Positions 12,940-25,141 of a stretch of 64,000 bases of DNA are shown in pieces (the stretch's first letter is position 1; each line of letters begins with the position of its first letter). A model generated the notes under the pieces. It saw only the letters and a program-made list of their open reading frames with translations, did no database searches and had not been told where the DNA came from. The DNA is taken from assembly GCF_001194135.2 (NCBI RefSeq), contig NC_068999.1, positions 54,728,940 through 54,792,939 on the forward strand, in the 5' to 3' direction. The stretch is from Octopus bimaculoides (taxonomy: Eukaryota). A program made the translations under genes and the position numbers.

Positions 12940-14773
12940 GAGAGATGTGCATGAGAGTATGTTTGCATGTGTGAGATTTTATATTTTATTTCTGAAATTT
13001 CATGCATATGTATGCATGTACACATATGCGGTGTCATTTGTTTGCAGCCTTCCATGAAATTATATGTGGCCATTATACTCTTTATAGAGGTGTGTGTGTG
13101 TGTGTGTGTGTGTGTATAAGCACAGCTACAGAACAGCTCTGGTCCAATAGCTAGTCCTACAATGTGCAAATAGTTAACCAAATAACAGGGTGTGACACAG
13201 AGATTGCTCTTGCCAGGTATACCAAGCCTCTCCCTAGCTGAAGATCATGCTGCACACTTCGATATGTGGTGATGAATCAAACAGTGTAGTGTGACAACTT
13301 AGATTTGTAATACCATCTCCCTCTCTGCAGCCTATTTCTGTATGCCAGTAAATGTTTCTGGTGGCTACAGCAAAGGCAGATAAGGTGGACTTGGTCAGAG
13401 TGCAATAACTACTGCTCTTCCATAATTGTTAAGGCTTACTACAGCGACAAACTGTGCCCTTCGCATGTCCAACTGGTCTACTATTCTTATTAAATTTTGT
13501 TTCATTGTAAAACAGTATATAAATATAGATTTTATTTCTAATTTTTCAAGATGTTTGTGTATGTGTGTGCATGTGTGTGTGTGTGTGTGTAGGTCTGCAC
13601 TAACTGTAGCAGTGAGTCAGCACAGGTACTGATGAAGATGGCAGAGCTAAGATGTGAGAGAGAAATCTAGCCTAGTGAGATTTTATGAACTTTAATAATT
13701 ACTTTCAAACTAGAAACATAAGGACCAAAAATTAGGGAACAGGAGATGGGTGGTTAATGAGGGGATGGAATCTATACAAGGATAAAATTCATTGTAAGAT
13801 TGAGTTACATAATAAACCACATGACAGATATATACTTGAATCAGACAGACGCACACATACACAGATATAATGGAAACACATAAATACAGGTTGGACTACC
13901 GGTTACATCATCATCATTGTTTTAATGCCTACTTTCCTTGCTTGCATGGGTCAGACAAAATTCAATGAGGCAGATTTTCTACCCTAACCCTAACCCACTC
14001 ACAAGGCTTTGGTTGGCCTGAGGCTATAAAAGAAACTTACTCAAAGTGCCACACAGTGGAACTGAGCCCAGAACCTTGTGGTTGAGAAGCAAGCTCCTTA
14101 CCACACAGCCACATCTGTGTCCTATGTTGGTTTATTATAAAAATACTTGCAAGAACAAATGTAACAAATATCTGGACCAATGTGTTTAGCTGTTCAATTT
14201 GCTAGTAATAGCAACCAAATCCCCTCAAATTACAACTTTTCTTAAAAACAAGACAATACATTGACTAATTTAGCCTAAATATACAAAAAGACACGATAGT
14301 CCTAGTTGGATTGTCCAGAGATTTGCTTAATCTTGAATGCAATTAGCAAAAATAATCCTGACTCCATCCTCTCATAGTGAACTTGGTGAAGATGTGTGAC
14401 CAGGGGGAAGTAACTCAAATCAACAGAAACCATCCCCTCACATACATCCCTTCTATGTATGGGCCAAAAGTAAGCTTGGGATTAGTTACAAATAAGAGCT
14501 AAATCTCCCTCAAATTACACTCAGCTATTAAAAAAAAAACAAAGGAAAGAAGTGAGGAAATACATTACATATTGTAATGCTAGAGTTTCTATACTTAAAT
14601 GGAGGTTAGTATATTTAATGTATGTTCTTGCAAAATTATTAATTAATTGTAATGGAAAATCATTAGCTTCAGTGATAATTTGTTTCTCAAAGGTAAGGGA
14701 AGCAACTCTAAAACCCAAATTGGTTAAAAAAGGGAATAGGGTATTTTGTAGACAGTGGGTCTGGATCTTTGGA

Positions 14774-14828
14774 AAGTATAATTCAGACATGTTTCAGTCT
14801 TTTCAGACCTCCTCAGTAAAGTATAGTC
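14774..14828 (-). ncRNA. Minimal type I hammerhead ribozyme (Penelope/retrozyme type), catalytic core intact
   Basis: Minus reads gactatacttta-CTGAGGA-GGTC tgaaaa GACT-GAAA-CATGT-C-tgaattatactt. Core CUGANGA and GAAA intact; stem II 4 bp; palindromic stem III ACAUGU; GUC cleavage triplet (cut between 14786 and 14785); stem I 12 bp with 2 mismatches. Confidence 0.75.
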
Positions 14829-16409
14829 TTATCCATACAGACCAGACTAAGATATACTAAATCTAAATATAAAATAGATGGTTACACATGGAGCATTTTT
14901 GGTCAGCTGGATCAAGTTTGACGTAGAGCTAAACAACAACTGGTGGCTACATCATTATGATGTTAATGATGATGATGAAATACCTAACGACTTTCTATGC
15001 TGTTATGGCTTGGACTGGACTTTGTGAATGTTTCATAGTTGGATGCCCTTTCTAATGCCACACTTTAAATCCACTCTTATTATATGCACACGCAAACAAT
15101 ATTTGTTTTCTAATGCTGTATTGTAACTATGGTAACAGTTGTTGCTAAGTAGATCCCCAACGCAATATTTGAAAGGCAAAGTGATGATAAAGATAATTTT
15201 TAAACTGCATGAAGTAAATATCATGTGATTTGTATAAAAAAATATTTGTCCCATCAAATGCTAATGGAAACACTTAAGACAATGGAGAGAGTTAAATCAC
15301 CTGCTGGAAATAGTAGTCAAATTTCTCTCAAATTACACCATACTGTTTTAAATAAGAAGGATAGATTGAATTAAGTATGAAAAAAATTGGGAATTTTGAA
15401 TTTCTTTGGTCACAGGTCTGCTGGATCAGGTCTGGCCTGGAGTTAAACGATAACAACCAGCAGAAGTTAATTTAATTAATGATACCTTCCCACAAATTTG
15501 CACTAAATATGTTAGAAAACATTATTTTTATGATTAATAAATAATAAATTTGTTGCAGTTGTTTAGCTTCAAGCGAACCCTTATCCAAGCAGACTATGAC
15601 CAAGGTTGCTCTAACTAGAACTATCCACGCTTTTGCGGGGAAAGGACTACATTATCTAAGGTGCCTGTCCTCCCAATCCTTTTTTCTTCTTTTCCAGGTT
15701 GGCAGGGTATAATTTGAGGGGTATTCAGCTGTTATATTTAGCAGGCCAAGTGACTATGTAGAAGCACCCTTGTTAGTTCACAGTTATACAGTTTTGTGAC
15801 AAAGTAGATTAATTATTAGAAGCAAAGCATGCAGGTCATTCATTCATGTTTTACAGAAGCATTGTTATTCCTGGAAAGAAACTCCATTTTATTAGAGTGC
15901 TTTTAATATCATTCATGTGACATGTGATTTTCCTTCCTCCCAGAAATAATTCTTTTTTTTTTTTTTTTTTGTGTTCAGAAGACAAAATTTCAAATCCATA
16001 AAAAATTTATTATTCTGCATTGTATTTATGTAAGGGTATTATATTTTTCTATTCCATCATCTATATTAATCTAATTATATGAATCATAATGTAATGAGGA
16101 AACCTAATTAAGCTTTCTATATCATTGTTTTTTTTTTCCTCCATCATTTGTAGATGCATGTTTCAATAGCTTTATGTTGGATCAGTGCAACTGGGCTTGA
16201 ACTCCCATCCTATGCTTTACATTGAACAATTAAAAAAATCTTTTTTTTACTAATTTCAATTATTGGATTGCGGCCATGCTTAAAGAGTGTGGCAATTATT
16301 CTGTCGGTCTCTTTTGCAGAAGTGCTAAGTTATGGGGATGCAAAGAAACCAACACAGGCTATTAAATGCTGGAAAGACAAACACACACACACACGCAAAT
16401 ATAACAAGC

Positions 16410-16630
16410 CTCAAAGGCAGAGTACTGGCAGAAACGTTAGCACACCAGGTGAAATGCTTAGCGGTATTTCATCAGTCTTTATGTTCTGAGTTCAAATTCC
16501 GCTGAGGTCGACTTTGCCTTTCATCCTTTTGGGGGTTGGTAAATTAAGTACCAGTTGTGTACTGGGCTCGATCTAATCGACTGGCCGCCTCCCCCAAAAT
16601 TTTGGGCCTTGTGCCTAGAGTAGAAAAAGA
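16410..16630 (+). mobile_element. tRNA-derived SINE family B (gagctggcagaa.cgttagcac... gagttcaaattcc...); representative copy
   Basis: Many copies: 26170-26400, 35005-35200, 38570-38730 and 63625-63785 (+); 20430-20590, 22530-22720, 35915-36870, 47760-48185 and 63055-63250 (-). Confidence 0.8.
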
Positions 16631-16820
16631 TACAACAGGCCTCCACACAGTTTCCATCTATCAAATCCACTCACAAGGCATTGGGTGGCCTGGGTCTATA
16701 GTACACAACACTTGTCCAAGGTGCTTTACAGTGGGTTTGAACCTGAAACCACTTGGTTGGAAAACAAACTCCTTGACCACACAATCCATGCTTGTGTCTA
16801 TAAATATTTCTGCGCGCGCA

Positions 16821-16857
<37 letters not shown>

Positions 16858-17435
16858 GCGCACAAAAATCTATTCTATGAGATGAAAACAAAGGAAGAAA
16901 AATGAGACATCACATGAATTACAGAAAAATATTAAGTAATAGTGAGAGACTGCTTTCTGAATCAGAACTAAAAGTACAAAGTCTATTGACATTTTTAACA
17001 ATAAACAGCCTTTGGCCATTTGTCTGAGATGGGACCTGGTTATGGGGTAGAGTAATTACAACATATGCTGATTTCATTCTTCACAAGCAAAACCTCACCG
17101 GTTTGAATGAATTTTCCAAGTGAAAAAAGCATTAAAATTCAACTTCACTTTTATACAAAGATCCAAGTCTTGTGATTGTTATAATGATAATACACTTGGG
17201 ACAGGCATGAACACCCTAAGTTTTATGCTTACATTCACAGTGTATATTTTATATAGTCATATAACACACACACACACACACACACACATGCATGTGTACT
17301 TTATAAGTATAATTTATAAATATCAATATCTAGTGTTCAGCTTGTCATTATTCATTGAATATTGGATTTTGGTTATCTTTCTTTTGTATTATTTTTTACC
17401 TTTTCCTTAGGCTCATGTGATATCATCATCACCAA

Positions 17436-17470
<35 letters not shown>

Positions 17471-17857
17471 CTTAAAATAGAACAACAACAAAAAGATAGT
17501 TGAACATATGAAAACCATTTTATATTGAAGTATCATATCAGTTATCAGTGTGAAAAACCAGGAAACAATCTCTATATAAACCACTTCTGTCTACCTAAAG
17601 ATATCTCTGGATGTCTGCCTGCCTGTAAGGTTTCATGTCTGTCAAAGGTTGTGTGTTACAAACATGGCCATCATCTTCAGGACCAGAAAATTGCTTCAGC
17701 TCCTAACAACTACACAACCACTAACCTTTTACAAAGCTCAGATGAGTCCCACAAGGAAGTGGTACTATTTCCATATCTGGAATACTACCACTGCAGCACC
17801 CACACAAGACATCTCAAACATGAAACATAAATAAATAAATGAATAAATAAATAAATA

Positions 17858-18027
17858 GGTGCAGTTATGGCTGTGTGGTTGCGAAGCTTGCTTTGCAACC
17901 ACACAGTTTTGGGTTCAATCCCACAGTATGGCACCTTAAGTGTCTTCTACTATATAGCCTTGGGTGACCAATGCCTTGTGAGTAAATTTGGTCAATGGAA
18001 ACTGTATAGAAACCCATCGTGTGTATG

Positions 18028-18062
<35 letters not shown>

Positions 18063-18280
18063 ATGTCTTTGTCCTCCCCACTGCTTGACAATCTGTGTAG
18101 GTTCATTTACATCCCTACAACACAGCAATTTTCAGCAAAAAAGATCAAGAAAATAAGTACTAGATTTAAAAAAAAAAGTACAGGGATAGATTTGTTCAAA
18201 CAAACCTGCCAGCGGCCATGAGGTGCCCCAGCATGGCCACTGTCCAATAACTGAATTAAGTAAAAGGAAATAAAAGATAA
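17858..18280 (+). mobile_element. tRNA-derived SINE family A (ggctgtgtggt... head, internal (TG)n, ...aagtaaaag tail); representative copy
   Basis: A/B-box head (tggctgtgtgg / gggttcaatccc), central microsatellite and conserved tail. Further copies at about 28013-28590 and 54105-54470 (+) and 12250-12570, 24222-24615, 29870-30175 (-), with many partials. Resembles known Octopus SINEs; exact family name not verified. Confidence 0.8.
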
Positions 18281-18954
18281 ATAAAAATAAACCATCCAAA
18301 TGACTTGCATGAAGTCTCTTAGCAACACACTCCAATCTCTGACCCAGCCAGACATGCTGTTTCTTCCTTCTTTCCTTTCTACCCTAACCACAAAGGACTA
18401 CGCCCTTCACAGATGACCTCTTCTTCTACCATTCCCCTTGCCTACCCATACTGTCTACCTCATTATTTAATAATTCCTTCTGGCTCCTGTTTTATCGGCA
18501 GCTATTAAATTACAACTCTTCAAAAGAAACATTAACCCTTTAACATTTAAACCAGCCATATCTGGTCAAAATATTCTACTTGTTTTATGTTCAAATCAGC
18601 TAGATCAGGCCTTTCACACCTACATCACAATGTTATCCTAAAAATAAGTAATCACATCATCAAAATCTGAGCAGCAAAGCAATGCAGGATTAATTCAAAA
18701 CAAAGTGAATAAATAAGTAGTACATTTGAGAGAGAAGTCTGAAAGTTAACAGATTAACTTGCACTAAACCCGCCATTCTCGAAGGGCCCGCAAAATCCAT
18801 GAGCATAGCTCCTACTTATAGATAAAACAAATAAAACAGATAAAGACGTACGTCTCTGTTTTCTTATATGCTTGTTTGTGCGTCTGCCAGCAGATGTTTA
18901 CAAGGTGAGAGAGATGATGCTATCTGACAGAAAGATACGGAGAAAGAACTTTAC

Positions 18955-19040
18955 CTTTTGGAACTTTCATCTTCTTCTTCTCTTCTTTACTGTCAGGTTC
19001 CTTTGGAAGGGGTTTATTCTCCAATGGCATGTTTACCTCT
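18955..19040 (-). CDS. PAK: Coding exon, N-terminal segment of a probable group I p21-activated kinase (PAK1/3-like): (EVN)MPLENKPLPKEPDSKEEKKKMKVPK|G
   Basis: Minus strand: acceptor cttcttattcttttgcag|AGAGGTAAAC-ATG (ATG at 19030, aaacATG context), 25 codons +1 nt, donor AAAG|gtaaag. From memory the peptide parallels fly Pak MRPLPKEPDD..RKKK and human PAK1 SKPLPPNPEEKKKK. As I recall, a phase-1 intron also precedes the CRIB exon in vertebrate PAK1. The CRIB and kinase domains are not in the window, so identity rests on about 20 aa. Confidence 0.68.
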
Positions 19041-19605
19041 CTGCAAAAGAATAAGAAGTTCATCAAAAATGTTGCTACTACTACTGCTGCTGCTGGTGGT
19101 GGTGGTGGTGGTGATGTTGATGTTGTTATAGTATGTTACTGTTATCGTTGTTGCTGTGTTGCTATAATTTGTTGAGGTGGAACAACAACAACAACAACAA
19201 GAACATCATTATGTGTAGAGTAATAGAGCACTTGACTGATTGATGTAAGTGAGGTGAGTCAAGTTATTAAGTGGAGATATATATCTTAGAAAGGGAGATA
19301 TAGAGTGATTTGTATGGTGTAAAATAAGGCAGACTCTGGGGAGGATAAAAAGAAAGAGAGAGAGAGAGATTAAGAGGAGAGAGATGAGAGCAGTAAAGAA
19401 AAGAGGAGAGAAAATAAGTGGAGGAAAAGAGAGCGAGAGAATGAAAAGTTGAGGTAAAAAAAAAAAAAGAAAACAAAAAGAGTAAACTAAATGAGAGAAA
19501 GATTTGAAGGGGGAGTGAGATAAGGGGAGAGGAGAGAGAGAGTGAGAGAAGGGAGAGAAAGACGAGAGGAGAGGGAGGGTGTGAGAGAGAGAGAGGTGAG
19601 ACAAG

Positions 19606-19636
<31 letters not shown>

Positions 19637-20741
19637 AGACAGAGATAAGAAAATTAGATAAAGAGAAACAAGTGATGTCATTCTCAAACTCCTACTGACA
19701 CCCAACAAAAGAAAAAGAAAAGAAAAAGAGTAGTGCATCATTACACATTGGACTAAATTTATTATGTCAAGAAGGTTGTGACATTTTAGAATTTGGCCAT
19801 CTTATAAAGGAAGACCATGTTGATATATTTAAGGACTTTTACAATAGCACACTAACATTTTACACTTCTGTCTAGGTGTTTCTCACCCCTCTCTTTTCTA
19901 TACATGAACTTTCTTTTAATGTATGTATGTATGTATGTAGGTATGTATAAATAAAATCCCATATATGTTATTTCACACAACACACAGAGATGATCCCTAA
20001 AGAATTTCATTCTAATATGATTGTATCTCTATTCTCTTGACAATGAAAACGATTGTACCACAATGATATAGGGAGCTGGATGTGAAACTATGAGTGAGAC
20101 TGAGCAATGAACATAGGATTTGGAAGAAGAGATTGATAAGAGTAGGGAGTCTATATTCAGCCCTAAGTCAGCTGTGATCCAGAAGACTTGTGATCAAATA
20201 AAATCCAGCCATGACCTCTAGCCTCTTATTCGGATACAGTATATACAGGATTACATTATTTAATGTGTCTTGCTTTTTTTTAAAAAAAAATGACTGATTT
20301 GAGAGAGATTTTGTCATTATTTCTAAGAAGATGGAGGACCATATAAAGGTTCCTTTATTGGCTTGAATTTCTGTAGTAAAGTAGGTATTAACATAAATGT
20401 AGAAAAATAAATAATATTGGTATCAATGTTGTTACAAGGCCAGCAATTTCGGAGGAAGGGCTAAGTTGATTAGATCAACTCCCAAGGATGAAAGGCAAAG
20501 TTGACCCTGGCAGGATTTGAACTAAGAATGTAAAGACAGATGAAATGCCACTGGGCATTTTGCCTGGCATGCCAATGATTGTCAGCTCACTAATAAATTA
20601 AAATAATGTCATCAATGATAAGGGAGTCATTAACTAAATGACCAATACTAATCAAAAGAGGCAGAGAGATACAATTTGGAATTAAAATTAATTAAATAGA
20701 GCACAGTGAGGAATGAGTCTGATGCTTAATGATATGGTGGA

Positions 20742-20788
20742 CAACTCTGGACATGTTTCAGCTTTATTGGCCCTCACCAGCATGACTT
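20742..20788 (-). ncRNA. Degenerate hammerhead ribozyme fossil
   Basis: Minus: gtcatg-CTGGTGA-gggccaataaagct-GAAA-CATGT-C-cagagtt. Same ACAUGU stem III and GUC as the 14.8 kb copy, but core A6 is mutated to G and stems I and II are broken. Confidence 0.5.
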
Positions 20789-21341
20789 TGACATTTAGCT
20801 GTCTTTCTATAACTTGTGCAGTACTATGTAAAACCTGACTGAATAGACTTTGCAATGAAAATCATTCTGAAATGACCATCCCATCATTTACCCAGATGTA
20901 TCTAAGATTAAATTAGCTAATTTATCCTTCTTTTTCTAAGATGACAGGTGTGATTTCAGAGCCAGGATGAGTGGTGAAAAATAAAAAGAAAAGAGGACTT
21001 TATGTAATAATTTTTGTCAGAAGGGCCCCAAAGTAGTAGTGGTGTAGTAACTGTAATTCAAAGGTGGTGGTCGTGACGGAGATAAGGAGTTTAAAAAAGA
21101 TGTTGAAAAGAATTCTTGTTTTAATAATAAAGTGTTTCTCTTCTTTTAAGTACATAGTGACATGTGTAAAATTACTGTTTCGTTCAGGTTTGTCTGACTA
21201 TGTTTGATTACAATGATCAAAGGTGTTCTAACCATGACCATCATGTCTTCATGTATCAGGGACTACATTATCTGCTGTGTTCTTTTCTCCCCCACTCCCC
21301 CCTTTTTTTACTGTAAAGTGGTTAACTGGAGCAGTCTATAA

Positions 21342-21583
21342 TAGTGGTTCTCAACTGGGGTCCATACAAGATTTTGTCATTAAAATTTATGCACAATGAA
21401 TTGCTTATACTTCCACAATACACAAAATATTTTCACATTTTGTATAAAATTCCTAATAACATTTAATTATAAAAATACAGGAAGTTTTTTTTTTTCCATA
21501 TACAACAAACAGCTATGAGAGTTCAGTAGAATAAAATAGGAATCACATGAGTCCATAGTCTAAAAAAGGGTTGAGAACCATTG
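21342..21583. mobile_element. hAT-Charlie-type MITE
   Basis: TIRs tagtggttctcaac / gttgagaaccattg (CAGTGGTTCTCAA type); 8-bp TSD-like flanks gtctataa / gtctaaac matching NTCTAGAN. Confidence 0.75.
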
Positions 21584-21709
21584 GTCTAAACCATAACCTA
21601 GAAGAACATCAAAATGATGATGAATGAGTGTCACACATTCCACCCATCCCCAGCGATTGTTGCTCAGGGGAGGGCTCTGACCTCTGCTATTATACTGAAC
21701 AGCAAGTTT

Positions 21710-21753
<44 letters not shown>

Positions 21754-22725
21754 GCAAGTAATGTTCATAGCCACTTCAACATGGCTGTTCCGCTCTAATG
21801 GACTTTACAGTGACTTTTTAACCCCAAGAGGATATCTCCTCTAGCTGGTTGACAATGCAAGGCTGCATTCGATATACTGCAAGCAGGCGAGCGAACCCCT
21901 AATACACACACACACACACACACACATACATATATACATATCAGATGTTATATTTTGGAGACTTCTGCACTTATTAAGAAAACAAAGACTACTAGATCGC
22001 ATTGATGTTCATAGCAGAGACACACAAAACGAAATTGCAGATATACCAAAACTAATGAAGAACAAGAGATTTCTGGCACAGCGTGACTGTGACTATTTGA
22101 TAAAGAATGCCATACAGTACTTTGTAATTCAACCCTTGTACCCTTATAATAGGACAAGCTGGTCTAGCAGTGTGTCAATTTTGTACCAGAAATATAAAGA
22201 AGTTCAATATCTTCAAGAGAACAGCCTTCTTGTGTGGTGATAATCAAATGTATTTTTTGCAAAATGTAAAAATGATTGTTATTTAGTGAGGACATATCTA
22301 TAGACTTCATATAAGTTGAATTTGGTGGATATTTATTGACTTTTCCCTGTCTATATTTCTAATGAATAAGACTACATATGTGCTTTAATTAATTATTAAC
22401 ATAATCAACATTTTGGTGGTTAAGTATCTCTGTAGCTTTACATATTGGCATACATAATGCTGGTGTAACCATGTCAGCACGGACAATAGACATTAAATGA
22501 TGATGATGATGATATTGATTTAAAATTTTGGCACAAGGCCAGCAATTTTGGAGGAGGGGTAAGTCAATCACATTGACCCTCAGTACTCAACTGATACTTA
22601 TTCTATTGACTCCGAAAAGATGGAAGGCAAAGTCCACCTTGGTGGAATCTGAACTCAGAATGCGAAGGCAGATGAAATGCCACCAAGTATTTTGCTCAGT
22701 GTGCTAACGACTCTGCCAGCCTGCC

Positions 22726-22771
<46 letters not shown>

Positions 22772-23050
22772 AGTTTATGTATATATTAATATTATCTCAG
22801 TTTAAAAAAACCTTTGACAATGTAAATATGTTAATAGTTACCATGGGTGGCAAAAATTACACAAAAAACCAGGATACTACATCCGTTTTATAGGTAGAGA
22901 TTCCAAGTTGAAGTAATGCATTTTGAGTATATATATATATATATATAATGATATAAATTAGATGATTTTTTTTTTTTAATGCAGAATTGCCATTAGAACA
23001 GCAGAAATACTGGGTAAATTACCCTTACAAAGCAGAAAAATTTGACAGCA

Positions 23051-23122
23051 ACCAGCTATGAGACTTGAACCCATATCCTTCAAAGACTCCAGCTGGGTGC
23101 TTTACCATTAAGCTAAACTGCC
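23051..23122 (-). pseudogene. Isolated tRNA-like sequence (pseudogene or solo SINE head), loop CT-GGA-GT
   Basis: Minus: ggcagtt ta GCTT aatggta AAGC a cccag ctggagt ctttg aaggat ATGGG ttcaagt CTCAT agctggt. D and T stems pair; anticodon and acceptor stems are mismatched. Confidence 0.55.
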
Positions 23123-24913
23123 TGCTGACAAATTAATCAGTAAAATGATATAAATCAGTACATATTATGTTGGTGTTGACAAAGTGAAATCTCATGATAA
23201 AGTACCTATATGGTTAGTATTTTAATATATTATAAATACCAACATCGGATAGAAGTTCTGTTGCTGTCTACCTAAGCATTAGCATATTTCTGTTGTATTT
23301 CCTTTCCCATATGATCTAGAGGCCACCCAACGCACACATATGTAGATGAGATGCTTTGAATGAAACAGCTTGTCTACTTCATATACAAAAAAACTTGAAT
23401 AGATAGAAATAAACCTTAAACCAGAAGAAGCCAATGCATAAATCAAATTTTGATTGAGACTTTAATTTGTACACAAAACACTTTAGTATGGGAGATCTTA
23501 GGTATGTTGGTATTAAAAGGGTTAAGATACACAAAGAGCAGGAATAAAAAAAGATATACCAATTTTCTCCAGTTTAATCCACACGAGAGAGAGGAGGTAG
23601 TAGATAATTTTATGAATAAGCATTTTTAAGATGAAGCCTTGTAAAGATGAATATATGTAGCAAGACTAATTATAAAGTAGAGTAATCAATTGTATAGCTT
23701 ACTTAGTAGCAAAAAAAGTTCTAGTTACTCAAGTAGCAGAGTTTGTTCTTATAGTTTCTGGCATCTTATTTAGCCTAGAAAACCCTACCACTGACAAAGA
23801 TGATGATGATGATGATGATGATGATGATATATATATATATATAAGGAAATTTCAAGCCATTTTATGCTGGTTTATAGCAGCTTCTTTAAAATCCTTGAGG
23901 CTATAAACAAATTATAATTCTCTGAATCACTTTGTCAAGTAAGCTATGTTAGCATTTTATGGCAGTGGAAGGGGAGGTTACCAACACCACCAATGGCTAA
24001 ATCACACACACACATACACACACACAGAGAACCACTTGGCTAACAAGCCCTTTATGACGGGTTTCTTCTAGTGCAACTTGTACACATCACTGGTTAGTCA
24101 TACAAGTGAGAGAATATAGACAAAGCAACTTGGATAGATGTGAACTTAATGTTAATTAATGTGTAACGTTCTCAATTTACCTAATTAATTTTTGTTTCAA
24201 ATGGTTTTTCTAAAGTTCTTTTATTCTTTTACTTGTTTCAATCATTTGACTGCAGCCATGCTGGAGCACCACTTTAAAGGGTTTTAGTTGAAGAAAACAT
24301 TCTTTGTAAGCACAGTACCTACTTTTTCAGTCTCTTTTGTCAAACTGCTAAATTACGGTGATGTCAACACACCAGCTTCAGTTGTCAAGCAATGGTGGAG
24401 GGACAAACAAAGACACACACAAATAGATACATCATCATCATCTACACATATAAACGATGGGCTTCTTTCAGTTCCCATCTACCAAATCCACTCATAAGGC
24501 TTTGGTCAGTCCAAGGCTATAAATAGAAGAGACTTGCCCAAGGTGCCACACAGTGGGACTGAACCTAGAATCATGTGGTTGGGAAGCAAACTTCTTACCA
24601 CACAGCCATGCCTGCAGGAATTATTTTTAAAGAATTTTCAGTAAATACTATAGAGTTTTTTGATAAAGTGTATAGGTGTGGTTGCATGGTTAAATTTTCT
24701 TTGCAACCGTGTGGTTATGTGTTCAATTCAATTGTATGGCAACTTAGTTCTATACCAGTTATGGGCAAATGGCAAACTTTTTGAATGGCACATATACGAA
24801 AAAATACCTTGGATTTTTTTAGTAGTGTGATCCACACGATTATGTGACCCACTTCTCAAAACAAGTTTGCCTATTCTTGCTCTATACCATAAATTCTTGT
24901 ATATGCAAGTCTT

Positions 24914-25141
24914 TTAGCCCTTTAGCATTCAGATGACTCTGTCAAATGTTATGCTTATTTATTCACATTGTTTTGAATTTATCATACATTATCTGATAGC
25001 TTCGAGATTTTGATGATGGGATTGTTTATTTTTAGAATGACATTGTAGGGTATGTTTGAGAGGCCTGATCTGTCCAGTTTAAACATAAAACAGGAAGAAT
25101 ATTTGGGCCTGATATAGCTGTTTTGAATACTAAAGAGTTAA
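24914..25141. mobile_element. piggyBac-type MITE (family 2)
   Basis: TIRs ttagccctttagcatt / aatactaaagagttaa. Other copies: 35727-35907 (internal deletion), 18532-18757 and about 9535-9770 (opposite orientation), partials at about 58870-59010 and 62010-62185. Confidence 0.75.

Noticed and set aside
23336-23385. Possible very decayed hammerhead (ta-GATGA-g...GAAA-CAgctTG-TC-tacttcatat)
   Set aside because: The core lacks CU, stem II does not pair and stem I requires deletions; cannot be distinguished from chance.
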